Shown piece by piece: positions 38,015 through 48,900 of a stretch of 50,392 nt of DNA (position 1 is the stretch's first letter; each line of letters starts with the position of its first letter). The stretch covers positions 1 to 50,392 of the IMG/VR virus record IMGVR_UViG_3300037847_004028. The stretch is one strand, 5' to 3'. This DNA is from a virus. Its lineage: Duplodnaviria > Caudoviricetes. Under the pieces are notes generated by a model. That model was not told where the DNA came from, searched no databases, and saw only the letters and a program-made list of their open reading frames with translations. A program made the translations under genes and the position numbers.

Positions 38015-39556
38015 ATGGCAGACAATCCATTTAAACTATCATCTTTAGGTCAACAACCTGCTGTAACTGCTGATCAAAGTAAGATTGGTGATTTACGCAG
38101 ACGGTATAACTTTGGTGCATCAGTATCTGAGTTAGCTATTGACCAAACCCCATTTTTCAGGTTTATTTCACAGGTTGGAAATGCTCCAACAGATGACCCT
38201 GAGTTCAAATCAACCGAAGAAAGACATAGCTTTCATAAAAGATATGCCTATGTAATTGGACACGATGCTGATTATGCTTCTGGTGACCCTAGCATAACAG
38301 ATAGTGATTATGCTGGTACAGCATTAGGTGAAGGCGAATTTGTAAAAGGTCAAGTATTCTCATTAAAGTTAGAAGCTGATTTTAAATCTGCTGGTAACGT
38401 ACAAAGCATACTTGGTCAAACTGCAATTGCAATTGGTGCAGATGGTACAAAACCAATTTGGATTTTAAAAGACCAATTGTTACGCATCCCTGTTGATATC
38501 GTAACAAGTGCTTCTGATGATACAAAGTTATCTGAAGATTACATTATTGTAAAGGTCTTAGCTACTAAAGATGGTACTACAGATAGTGGGTCTGATGCTA
38601 ATGCAGTATATGTAGGATGCGAAGTTGTTCGTGGAACTGTAGGTGCTAGTACTGCTATACCAGTATTTAAAGGTTCATCTTATGCTGATAGTGCATATAG
38701 CATAACTGCTGCTGCAGGTGAAGCTAATAAAGTATATGCAGTTGGTTCTGCACATGCTGAAGGTAGTTCTTTTCCAGCAACTTACAAAGATAGTCCATAT
38801 CTAGTTCGTACTGGGTACACGCAGATATTTAAGACTACTTGTCAAATGACAAATACTGCAAGAGCTACTCAACTAAAGATGGTTCCAGATGAGTGGGCAA
38901 GAATATGGAAGAACAAGCTAATTGAACATAAATACGACATGGAACAAGCGTTATTGTTTGGTCGTGGTTCTTATGATGCTTCTAACAGAATCGGTTATAC
39001 TCAAGGTATCGTAGACTTCGTACTACAAGAAGGTAATGTATTTTCTTGGGATGTAAATAAGTCACAAGACGATTTTCTAGAAGATATGAGTGATTTCTTA
39101 GACCCTCGCTACAACAATGCAAATGCTACTCTTTTTATGTGTAGTACTGCAGTGTATAACTGGCTACATAAGTTAGGTGGTTACATGACTGCTAATGCAA
39201 AAGAAGCTGGTGATGGTACGTTAGGAAACTCATTTGCAAGATTAGATATGAACATAATGAACAAGTCAAAGAAATTTGGTTTGGACATTACAACAATATC
39301 TACACCATATGGAGATATGAATGTTACTCGTAACATCCATCTCGATGGTGGTGCGGCTGGTGCTTCAATCGTTGCGGTAAACATGCAACATGTTAAGTAC
39401 AGACCACTTGCAGGTAATGGTATCAATCGTGACACTTCAATCTATGTTGGAGTTCAGTCACTTGAGAACACAGGTGTTGATAGAAGGATCGACCTCATTC
39501 AAACTGAGGCTGGTCTACAGTGCAACATGCCTGAAGCTCATGCGGTTTGGAAGTAA
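38015..39556 (+). CDS. Major capsid protein (HK97 fold, SU10/DUF5309-like) with insertion domain
   Basis: TPFFRF, YTQIFK...TNTARAT, HKYDMEQALLFG, STPYGD, TEAGL; strong AAGGAG SD; 3' hairpin. Confidence 0.85.
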   Translation: MADNPFKLSSLGQQPAVTADQSKIGDLRRRYNFGASVSELAIDQTPFFRFISQVGNAPTDDPEFKSTEERHSFHKRYAYVIGHDADYASGDPSITDSDYAGTALGEGEFVKGQVFSLKLEADFKSAGNVQSILGQTAIAIGADGTKPIWILKDQLLRIPVDIVTSASDDTKLSEDYIIVKVLATKDGTTDSGSDANAVYVGCEVVRGTVGASTAIPVFKGSSYADSAYSITAAAGEANKVYAVGSAHAEGSSFPATYKDSPYLVRTGYTQIFKTTCQMTNTARATQLKMVPDEWARIWKNKLIEHKYDMEQALLFGRGSYDASNRIGYTQGIVDFVLQEGNVFSWDVNKSQDDFLEDMSDFLDPRYNNANATLFMCSTAVYNWLHKLGGYMTANAKEAGDGTLGNSFARLDMNIMNKSKKFGLDITTISTPYGDMNVTRNIHLDGGAAGASIVAVNMQHVKYRPLAGNGINRDTSIYVGVQSLENTGVDRRIDLIQTEAGLQCNMPEAHAVWK

Positions 39557-39576
39557 CCTAACCTTATAATGTTGTT

Positions 39577-39596
39577 TGAGGGGAGCAATCCCCTCA
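39577..39596 (+). terminator. GCAA-tetraloop hairpin after the capsid gene (terminator or mRNA stabiliser)
   Basis: TGAGGGGA-GCAA-TCCCCTCA perfect 8 bp; weak U-tract. Confidence 0.6.
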
Positions 39597-39615
39597 TTCA
39601 ACTAAGGAGTTAATT

Positions 39616-40485
39616 ATGGCGAATTGGACAGAACAAATAACAGATATGGCTGGTACACTAGCAAATAGTGAAAGCGTTTCTACTCATATGGATAATGCAG
39701 TTATTGATGTTATAAATAAACTCTCACGAATTAATCCTAGTATGCTTTATTTGTTTGCTGATGAAGTAAAAAATTCAGGTGGTAGTAGCAACGTAGATTT
39801 AACTGATAATAATTTAATATTAAGAGTAAGTAGAAGATTTGATGCTACTGATAGTAGGTATAGAGACTGTAAAGAAATTATGCCTACTCAAGTAGGAGAT
39901 TATAGTGATTCTACTAGTTTATATAGTGCTTCAAAAGAATATCCAGTTTTTTACAGAGAGGAAAGTGCAATAAAAGTTTTACCTGCACAACTTACTGCTG
40001 AATATATTATAGTGGATAAAGTTGTTTATGGAACTGTGACCAATATAACGGGTGATCAAAATGGTGCAATAAATAATTTTCCAAGTGGGATGTATCCTAT
40101 GGTCGTTTGTCATGCATCAATGAATACAATTCTTGAAAAAATGGCTGAAACACTACCTGCAGGCGGTCTGCAAGAATTAGATTTATTAGAAATAAATGGT
40201 AATTCTTTTTCAGATAATGCATCGCCTACTAATGCAGAATTAGATGACCCTAAAAAATATTTTGCACGATTAAGGCTATTTATTAATGCAGATGAAGACA
40301 CAGAACTATCTGCAGTTCAATTAGAAAAAATTAAAGCATATTTAACTTGGTATAGTACAAGTATAGAAAAAAATAAAACTGATTATAATTGGTTGATGGA
40401 ACGTTTAGTGGTTTTAAAAGATAGGTATGAAAAAATGTTCTTGCCATACATACAACAAAAAGAAGATAACGATGGCAGAAATTAA
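39616..40485 (+). CDS. Putative head-tail adaptor protein
   Basis: Follows the capsid; SLYSASKEYPVFY...IKVLP; AAGGAG SD. Confidence 0.55.
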   Translation: MANWTEQITDMAGTLANSESVSTHMDNAVIDVINKLSRINPSMLYLFADEVKNSGGSSNVDLTDNNLILRVSRRFDATDSRYRDCKEIMPTQVGDYSDSTSLYSASKEYPVFYREESAIKVLPAQLTAEYIIVDKVVYGTVTNITGDQNGAINNFPSGMYPMVVCHASMNTILEKMAETLPAGGLQELDLLEINGNSFSDNASPTNAELDDPKKYFARLRLFINADEDTELSAVQLEKIKAYLTWYSTSIEKNKTDYNWLMERLVVLKDRYEKMFLPYIQQKEDNDGRN

Positions 40486-40654
40486 ACCTACAACAAATTG
40501 GTCAGTAAATACAGTAGGAAATACTTCTTGGTCAGTAAATATTATTGGTGGCACAACTACAACATATAAAATTGGTAGTGTGCTTATATGGGGAAGTGTA
40601 AGTACTAAAAATCTTGTATGGGAAACTATTACATCTAAATGGAGTGCTGAATGA
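40472..40654 (+). CDS. Small Trp/Thr-rich virion protein
   Basis: MAEIKPTTNWSVNT...SWSVNI...; internal 14-nt repeat ttggtcagtaaata. Confidence 0.55.
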   Translation: MAEIKPTTNWSVNTVGNTSWSVNIIGGTTTTYKIGSVLIWGSVSTKNLVWETITSKWSAE

Positions 40655-40935
40655 AAGTAAAAGAATTAATGGAAAGAGTTGGTACTACAAATTTTGGTTT
40701 TACCAAAGCATTTATTGCCGATGGTCTTAGAGAAATAAATAGTATGACAGAAGAATCTGTAAGTGTTGCTAAAACTGATTTAGTAAAAGACCAACGTTAT
40801 TATGCTATGCAAGATTCTGATGTAAGTGGAATGGTAAAAATTTTAAATGTTTCTATTCTTGATTCAGATACTGGAACATATACAAATATCAATAGAGTAG
40901 TCGGAAGTGTAAGTGTAGATAAGGATCAATTATGA
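40651..40935 (+). CDS. Putative adaptor/ring protein (N-terminal type)
   Basis: MKVKELMERVG...GLREIN...DLVKDQRYY. Confidence 0.55.
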   Translation: MKVKELMERVGTTNFGFTKAFIADGLREINSMTEESVSVAKTDLVKDQRYYAMQDSDVSGMVKILNVSILDSDTGTYTNINRVVGSVSVDKDQL

Positions 40936-41306
40936 ACAATCCAATTAGAATTAATGATACAAAGTATGGATATTATGTTGAAGGTGGAAACATTGGCATA
41001 ATAGAACAAAATATAGAAACAGGTAAGTATGATAGTCCTACAAAAAATATAACTAATGGATTAATGATACGTTTTACATCAATGCCTGTTTTACCTACAA
41101 GTGAATCTTCCACTTTAGATGTTGATGAATTATTAGCAATGGCTTTAGTTGATTATGTAAAGGCTAAAATATTTGAACAACAAGGTGATTATGATAAAAG
41201 ACAATTTCATATGAGAGAATTTAAAAAACATGTTATGCAACATCAGAAAAACAAAAATGGTGGTGCAAAAATAATAATTCCAACTGGTGTTGGAGCAATT
41301 AGATAA
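40932..41306 (+). CDS. Putative adaptor/ring protein (C-terminal type)
   Basis: GLMIRFT...LAMALVDYVKAKIFEQQGD...FHMREF. Confidence 0.55.
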   Translation: MNNPIRINDTKYGYYVEGGNIGIIEQNIETGKYDSPTKNITNGLMIRFTSMPVLPTSESSTLDVDELLAMALVDYVKAKIFEQQGDYDKRQFHMREFKKHVMQHQKNKNGGAKIIIPTGVGAIR

Positions 41307-41315
41307 GGAGATAAA

Positions 41316-41570
41316 ATGGGCGTAATAGATTACGGAAATAAGACCATGAATAGCTGGTCAGCACAAGAGTCAGTAGCACCTTATATTAAAGCAGTTGTTA
41401 GTACTGGTGCTGAAGTAAGTGCTTCAAGAGCAGTTATAAATGTAGGTACTGCAGCTAACATTACTTTAACTATTGGCGGTAAAGATGTGGTTATTTTTTT
41501 AAATAAAGGAGAGATATATCCTATCTCAGCTACAAAATCAAGCAGTAACAATATCATATTTCTATATTAA
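41316..41570 (+). CDS. Small virion protein
   Basis: AAGGAG SD; SRAVINVGTAANI...GEIYPI...IIFLY. Confidence 0.6.
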   Translation: MGVIDYGNKTMNSWSAQESVAPYIKAVVSTGAEVSASRAVINVGTAANITLTIGGKDVVIFLNKGEIYPISATKSSSNNIIFLY

Positions 41571-42754
41571 TGGCAGGTATACAAGGAAAATCAATAGGTA
41601 GTACCTATAAAGACTTATTAAATGTAAGTGGTTCTACACCTAATGAAGGCGTTACAAGTGCAACTAAAGTTGTATATGACGGAGATGGAACTGAAACTGC
41701 TATTCAGCTTGGTACAACTTCTTTAAAAATAGCTAGTGGCAAAATATTAGAAGTTCAAGGAACGCTTACTGTTCCAGGTATATTAAATATTTCAGGAACA
41801 TTAGAAAGTACTAATGCAACTTTAACTGGCGACCTATCAGTAGGAGATGATCTTACAGTTACTGACCTTATTTCAGGTCAAAGAATGGATATTACTGCTG
41901 GAATTACAAGTGGTGGTAATATAGAATCAGGAGCAAAGGTAGTTGCTACAGAAAATATAGAAACTCAAGAAGATGTTGTAGCTACTGGTAATGTTGAAGC
42001 AAATCAAGCATTAATAGGCGGTGGATATGGTTCAACTGGTGTCACAATAGAAGCAGATGGTGACATAAAAGCTGATGGTGCTTTACAACTTGGTGGGAAT
42101 ATACTAGGTAGCGGTGTATGTGAAATGGGAAGTGCTATTTTTGGTGGTGGATATGGTACATCAGCACCTAATAATACTGGTTTAACTATTCTTGGTACTG
42201 GAGAACTAAGAGCAAATGGTAAAATATTAACTGACCACAGTTTTGAAGTTGGGGGTGGTTTTGGTAGTACTGGATGCACAATTGGTAGCGATGGCTCTAT
42301 TAACTCAAATGGTTCTTTAACTGTGGATAATAGAGTAACGATTGGAGGTGGATATACTGGTTCAACAAGTGGTGGAACTGGAATAACTATTGAAGCTAGT
42401 GGCAGAATAAATACAGATGAAATAATTGTATGCCAAGCAGTTCAAACATCTGGAGGAACTATATCTTCAAGTGCAAGTGATTCTCCAAAAGTAAAATTAG
42501 ATGATGCTACAGAAATAAAACTTACTGTAAAAGATGGAACTAATGATAAAGAGATTTTAAAAGTAAAAGATGATGGAGAAGCTACATTTAAAAGCAAAGC
42601 TGGAGATACAAAATTTATAGTAAAAGACACTGGAGTGTTAAAATATACAGCAAAAACTACAGCAGAACTAAATGCGATTAAAGATGCTGGTAATGCAGTA
42701 GCTGGTGATATTGCTTACGATTCAGTAAAAGGATTTGTGGTATATGTACCATAA
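41570..42754 (+). CDS. Short tail fibre/spike-like protein with GGGYGSTG repeats
   Basis: Four IGGGY/FGxTG repeats, beta-helix-like segments; TYKDLL...DGDG N-terminus. Confidence 0.6.
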   Translation: MAGIQGKSIGSTYKDLLNVSGSTPNEGVTSATKVVYDGDGTETAIQLGTTSLKIASGKILEVQGTLTVPGILNISGTLESTNATLTGDLSVGDDLTVTDLISGQRMDITAGITSGGNIESGAKVVATENIETQEDVVATGNVEANQALIGGGYGSTGVTIEADGDIKADGALQLGGNILGSGVCEMGSAIFGGGYGTSAPNNTGLTILGTGELRANGKILTDHSFEVGGGFGSTGCTIGSDGSINSNGSLTVDNRVTIGGGYTGSTSGGTGITIEASGRINTDEIIVCQAVQTSGGTISSSASDSPKVKLDDATEIKLTVKDGTNDKEILKVKDDGEATFKSKAGDTKFIVKDTGVLKYTAKTTAELNAIKDAGNAVAGDIAYDSVKGFVVYVP

Positions 42755-42780
42755 TGTAAATAAACAAAGGAGAATGCATA

Positions 42781-42975
42781 ATGAATAAGTTAACTCAACA
42801 AGAAATGGAGTTCGTAATTCAGGCTATAGCAAATACAAGTATCCAAGCAAAGGATTCTGCTTTTGCTCAAGGTGTTCTTGAGAAACTTGGTTCGTCTTAT
42901 CAAGATATGATCAAGTCTTCACAAAAGAGCAATAAGAAGTCTGGCAAAGCGAACTCAGAGCAAGTGAGTGCTTAA
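42781..42975 (+). CDS. Hypothetical protein (possible fibre chaperone)
   Basis: AAGGAG SD; between fibre genes. Confidence 0.6.
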   Translation: MNKLTQQEMEFVIQAIANTSIQAKDSAFAQGVLEKLGSSYQDMIKSSQKSNKKSGKANSEQVSA

Positions 42976-42977
42976 AT

Positions 42978-45900
42978 ATGGCTGATTGGAAAAAACTCTT
43001 AGTAGAGAATCCTCCAGCTAGCGACATAGCATCTTCCCCAAGTTCGGGGAAGGTGCTTAAAGTCTCCTCTAATGGTACTGGATTAGAATGGGCAGATGAT
43101 GCTGGAGGTGCATTTAGTGATAATGGTTCAACTGCAACTGTTACAGATAGAATTGTTACTATTGCTGGTAGCTCATCAGCTATTCCTACATTAGATATTA
43201 ATCCTCCTTTTAGTGTATCGGGAACATCATACAGTAGGATTCGTGTACAAACATCAGGCAGAGATTTACGATTTAATTTAAGAAATGGTGCTAGTACATC
43301 TGATGTGATGACCATTGCACATAATAATAAAGTCGGAATAGGAACTTCTTCTCCTGGTCAAACTCTTCATGTTGATGGTAACATAAGAGTAGGTGATTCC
43401 GCTGATTATATTTTTTCTAATAAATTTGCTGGTTTAAGTTCCGCTCTTGTAACTATTCAATCAAGTCCTAATAATGATATAGCATTTAACGCTGGTGGTG
43501 CTGAAACTGTAAGATTTACTAGTGATAGCAAAGTTGGTATTGGAACATCTTCACCTAGTACATCTTTAGAAATTAGTGGTGGTACAAGTAAGTCATTATT
43601 GGTCAATTCAACTTCGGGTACAAGCACTATATCTGCACAAAAAGATGGTAATTATGTCAAATTAGGTGCAAATGGTACGAGTGGATTTATAAAGTATGGA
43701 AATACAACTACTTCAACTGCAAGAGATTTAATATTTTTTGAAGGTGGTGGTAGTGAAACTATGAGATTAACTGATGCTGGGAAATTAGGCATTGGTACAA
43801 CTTCAGTAGATAGAACACTTCATGTAAAAGGCGCAAATCATCAATTATTAAAATTAGAAAGTTCAGATAGTACTTATATAGATATACAAGCTGGCTCTGG
43901 AATGGGTAGTGGTAATGCTTATATACAAAAGTATGCTGCTGATGGAACTGAAATAAATAGAATTTTCTTAGGCAACTCAACAGATTTTTATAGTAAAGGT
44001 AGTGGTGGAACAAATTTTTATGTAAGCTCAAATAATACTCAAGCATTAACAATTAAAAATAATGCAAATATAGGTATTGGTACAAATGCACCTAGCCATA
44101 AATTTCACATAAATCATAGTTCATCTACATCGCTTGGGTTGTATGTTGCACACTCTGCTGATGAATATGGTGGACTTGCTAAATTTTATACAAACTCATC
44201 AAACAATACTGCTAGAAGTTTAGTAGAGATTCATAGTGATAATGCTAGTTCTAGTAATATTATTCCTTTAAAAATTATTCAAGATGCTGGTAGTACTGCA
44301 CTTCATGTTGTTGGTGAAATATTAACTACTGGCAATTTTCAAGTTGAAAAATCATATCCCGATATAATGACTAAATCAAATGATGAAGGTCGTATTGGTT
44401 TTATGGATGCTGGTGGTTCAATACGAAGTGGGATGAAAAATGGAGGAACTGGGATATTAAAATTTATTGCTGGTGGTAATGTTGAAAGAATGAGAATTAC
44501 TACTGATGGTATAGTTGGTATTAATACAACCTCTCCTGACAGTAACTCAATTTTACATATAGTTGATGGTGCTGGAACAATGCCAACTACTCATGCTGGG
44601 GATTCTTTAATTGTACAAAATAATGCAAATACAACAGATGTTTCTGCTATATATGCGATTGCTGGAACTGATGGAAGTTCGCACATAGTTTTTGGAGATG
44701 CAGATAGTAAAAATCCAGGAAGAGTTTCATATTATCACAATAGTGATTATATGTCATTCCATACTAATACTACAGAGCAAATGCGAATTACCTCTGCTGG
44801 CAATGTTGGCATTGGGACAACTTCGCCTTTACAACCTCTGCATATTGAATCAAATAATAATAATTCTGATGCAAGTGTTATTATAAAAAATCATAATGCT
44901 GATGGTACTTGTGGTATATCGTTTCGTAGTGGTTCTGCTAATAATATTTCTATAGGCATAGAAAAAATTGGAAGCAATTTTGCAATACAAACTGGAGTTG
45001 GGTTAGGAAGTGGAACAAGATTATTTACAGTTACTCCAAATGGCTCTGTTGGCATCGGAACATCTTCACCTAGTGGTGCAAAACTTCATGTTTATGATGC
45101 TAGTTCTTCTGTTGGTTTAAAAGTAGAAAGGGGTAATGGCTCTCTTGGTTTAGTTTCTGCAGGTGGTTCTACAACATTTTTTGGAACTGGAGACGCTACA
45201 GATGTTGAAATAGGTACTAATTCTAGCACCTTAATGTTTTTTGACCATTCAAATAGTAATATTGGCATAGGCACATCTTCGCCTAGTGATAAGTTGCATG
45301 TCGCAGATACTGGTACTGATTCAGATGGTAGGATAAGATCTTCAAGTCAAAACGTAACTAGTTCTATTGGTTCAGCAGAAGGCGATAATAGATACTTTTT
45401 TGCTGGTGCTGGTTTAGAAATAATGACCAATACAAATCATGATATTAGATTTGGAACAAATGTTACTGCTGGTAATGCTACTCCTAAAATGGTACTTGAT
45501 ACAAGTGGTCGTTTGGGTATAGGCACATCTTCACCTACGGAAAAACTTCATGTTGCTGGTAACATTTTATTACCAACTAATGCTAGCAGTTTAAGTCATA
45601 AAATAAGACTTACTGGAGATTCTACTCACGAAATATATTCAGATTCTTATACACTTAGATATGATGCTAATGTTGGTCATCGATGGAATAGTGCTGGTGG
45701 TAATACAATGACTGGTGGTGCTGGTACTATTGAATTTAAACATAGTACTAGTCAAAAATATATTAGACCAGGATTTGCTGGATTTCATTTACAAGCCTCT
45801 CATGATGGTGGATTTGGATTTGTAACTGTTGGTTCAACTAGCACTTACACAGCAATCGAACCAGTTTATACGGACAATAATACTAGTGGTTTAAAATTCA

Positions 45901-48900
45901 ATTCAAGAGCTAGTGGTTCAACAACAGAAAGAATGAGAATTACTTCTGCTGGAAATGTCGGTATCGGAACAAGTTCACCAGCACGACCATTCCATGTTCA
46001 TGTCTCAAATACTGGTGCAAACTTTATTCATGTAACAAATACTTCAACTGGTAGCGGTGCTAATGATGGAATGGAATTTGGTGTAAATGGAACAGATGGA
46101 TATGTATGGAATAGAGAGAATGGTAATATCTATTTTGGTACTAATGATTCTACAACAATGTTTCTATCAAATACTGGTCGTGTTGGTATAGGTACAACAT
46201 CGCCTAGTACTTCTTTAGATGTAAATGGAAATATTAAAGCTGGTGGAACATCAAGGGTATATTTTAATACAAACGCAACTGGAATTGGTAGTTCAACAGT
46301 AAATGAATTAGATGTTTTTAGTTTTGGAAATATGGATATATCAACTGAAAACTCATCTACAAGTATAAGTTTTAAACCAGTTGGGACAACAAGATTTAAA
46401 CTTGATTCTACTTCTTTCATTAGCTTATCTAACAATGATAATGGTACTGCTAATACATTGTTTGGAAAATATGCTGGTTTATTAACGACTAGTGGCGCAC
46501 AACGAAATGTTTATGTAGGAGAATTAGTAGCATCGTCAAATGCTAAAAGCGGTGATTACAATGTTGGTGTTGGATATACTGCTCTTCAAACAATTTCATC
46601 TGCTAGTAACTGTATAGGAATAGGTAATGAAGCTGGTTTTAGAATTACTACTGGCTCTTCAAATACTGCGGTTGGTTCTAAGGCTCTAAAATATAATCAG
46701 ACTGGACAAAATAATACTGCTATTGGTACTGATGCAATGTTAGGAGTACTACAAAATTCATGTAGTTCTAATACGGCAGTAGGTGCATCAAGTATGTATT
46801 CAATAACTGATGGTGCTAATAATGTCGCTATTGGATATAATAGTGCTTATTCATTAACAGATGGCGATGCCAATATTGCTATAGGTAAAGATGCTTTATA
46901 TAGTCAAACAAGTAGAAATAATAATATTGCAATTGGTTATCTTGCTCTTTACGATTTAAACGATAAAGCTAAAAATGTTGCAATAGGTACTGAAGCATCA
47001 GAGCATTTAAATGGCGAAAATAATATTTCAATTGGGTATAGAACGTTAAAAGGTTCTAATGGTAATTCAGATGGAATTGGAAATGTTGCAGTAGGAGGTC
47101 AAGCATTAGAAGATATTACTACTGGTGATAATAATGTTGCTATCGGTATTAATGCTGGTAATAGCATTACTACTAGCAGTAGTTCAGTTTTTGTTGGATC
47201 TAGTGCTGGAAGTTCTACTATTGGTAATACTGGTTTAGTTTTAATAGGTAGAAATGCTGGACCAAATGTTACTGGGTCAAGAGTTATTGCTATTGGTAAT
47301 GCTAGTTTAAATACTGGTACTGCTGGTTCGTATTGTATAGCAATGGGTTATAATGCTTTAAATGTTGTTACTGGTGCAGATAATATTGGAATAGGTTACA
47401 GAACTGGTTATGAAACTACTGATGGAGAAGACAACATTTTTATTGGTTCTTCTGCTGGGAATAATGGAAATCTTTCTCAAAATGTATATATTGGTTATAC
47501 TGCTGGTAAAGGAGTAACTGGTAACGATAATAGTAAAAATGTAGCAATAGGTTTTGAAACTTTTAAAAGAGTTACTACTGGTACTCGTAATGTAGCATTA
47601 GGATATAATGCATTATCTTATAGCACAACTGGTGGATATAATGTCGCTATTGGGTATGAATCAATGAAAGGTGTTGTAACTGGAGATGGTGTAAATGTAG
47701 CAGTAGGTTATAATTCATTATTAAACTTAACTAGCGGAAATAATAATGTAGCTCTTGGTGGTAATTCACTAGAAGATATGACTACTGGATTTGCAAATGT
47801 TGCTATAGGAAGGTATAGTGCAAGAGATTTAGTCGGTGGCAGTTTAACTGTTGCTATTGGTCATGGTGCTTTAATTTCAGAAGCTGGTGCAGATACTACA
47901 GTAGCAGTAGGCGCTCAAGCTTTAAATAGTCAAAATATGACTACTGGGACAGATTCTAATAATGTTGGTATAGGTTATTTAACATCATATTACAATGTTA
48001 CTGGTGTAAGCAATACTGCTATAGGTGCATCAGCTATGAAAGGAGCAAATGGTCAGTCTCATTCTCAAAATACTGCAATAGGTGCTAACAGTATGTTATC
48101 AGTAACTACTGGTTCAAATAATAGTTCACTTGGTCAAAATTCATTATATAGTTTAACTACTGGGGCAAATAATGTTGCTCTTGGTAAAAGCAATTCATTT
48201 GGTATTACTACTGGTACTTACAATGTAGGCATTGGTAATAATGGTGGAAAATCAAATCAAACTGGTAGTTATAATGTTAGTATTGGAAATCAAGCAATGC
48301 AAGGAGTCAGTGGCAATTCGCATTCTAATAATGTCGCCATTGGAAATCAAAGTATGCTTGGTGTTACAACTAGTAGTGAAAATGTTGCTATAGGTTCTAG
48401 CTCATTACAATCTGCAACAACTGGTAATAAAAATATTGCAATAGGATATCAAACATTGCGTTACAATGTTACTGGAGCGCATAATATTGCTTTAGGACAT
48501 GAAGCGTTAGAAGGTTCAAGTGGCAATTCATACAGTCATAATACTGCTATTGGGGTTGCAACATTAAAAGGAATTACAACTGGTGGTCAAAATGTCGCAG
48601 TAGGAAATTATGCTGGAGATGCATTAACTACTGGAACTTCAAATGTAGTTGTTGGTTACAATGCTTTTAGTTCTGCCGATGGTAGTGAAAATAACAATGT
48701 TGTTATTGGATTTAATGCTGGTAGTTCTATAAATAGTAATTCTACTCAAGCAAATGTACTTATTGGTTCATTTTGTGGTGAAGGCGGTACTGGTTATATT
48801 ACTAGAACAGTAGCTATTGGAGATGATACTTTAAATAACACTAATAGTAGAAATGTTGGTTATGGAACTTTTGTAGGTTCTGAAGCTGGTGGTGGTACAT

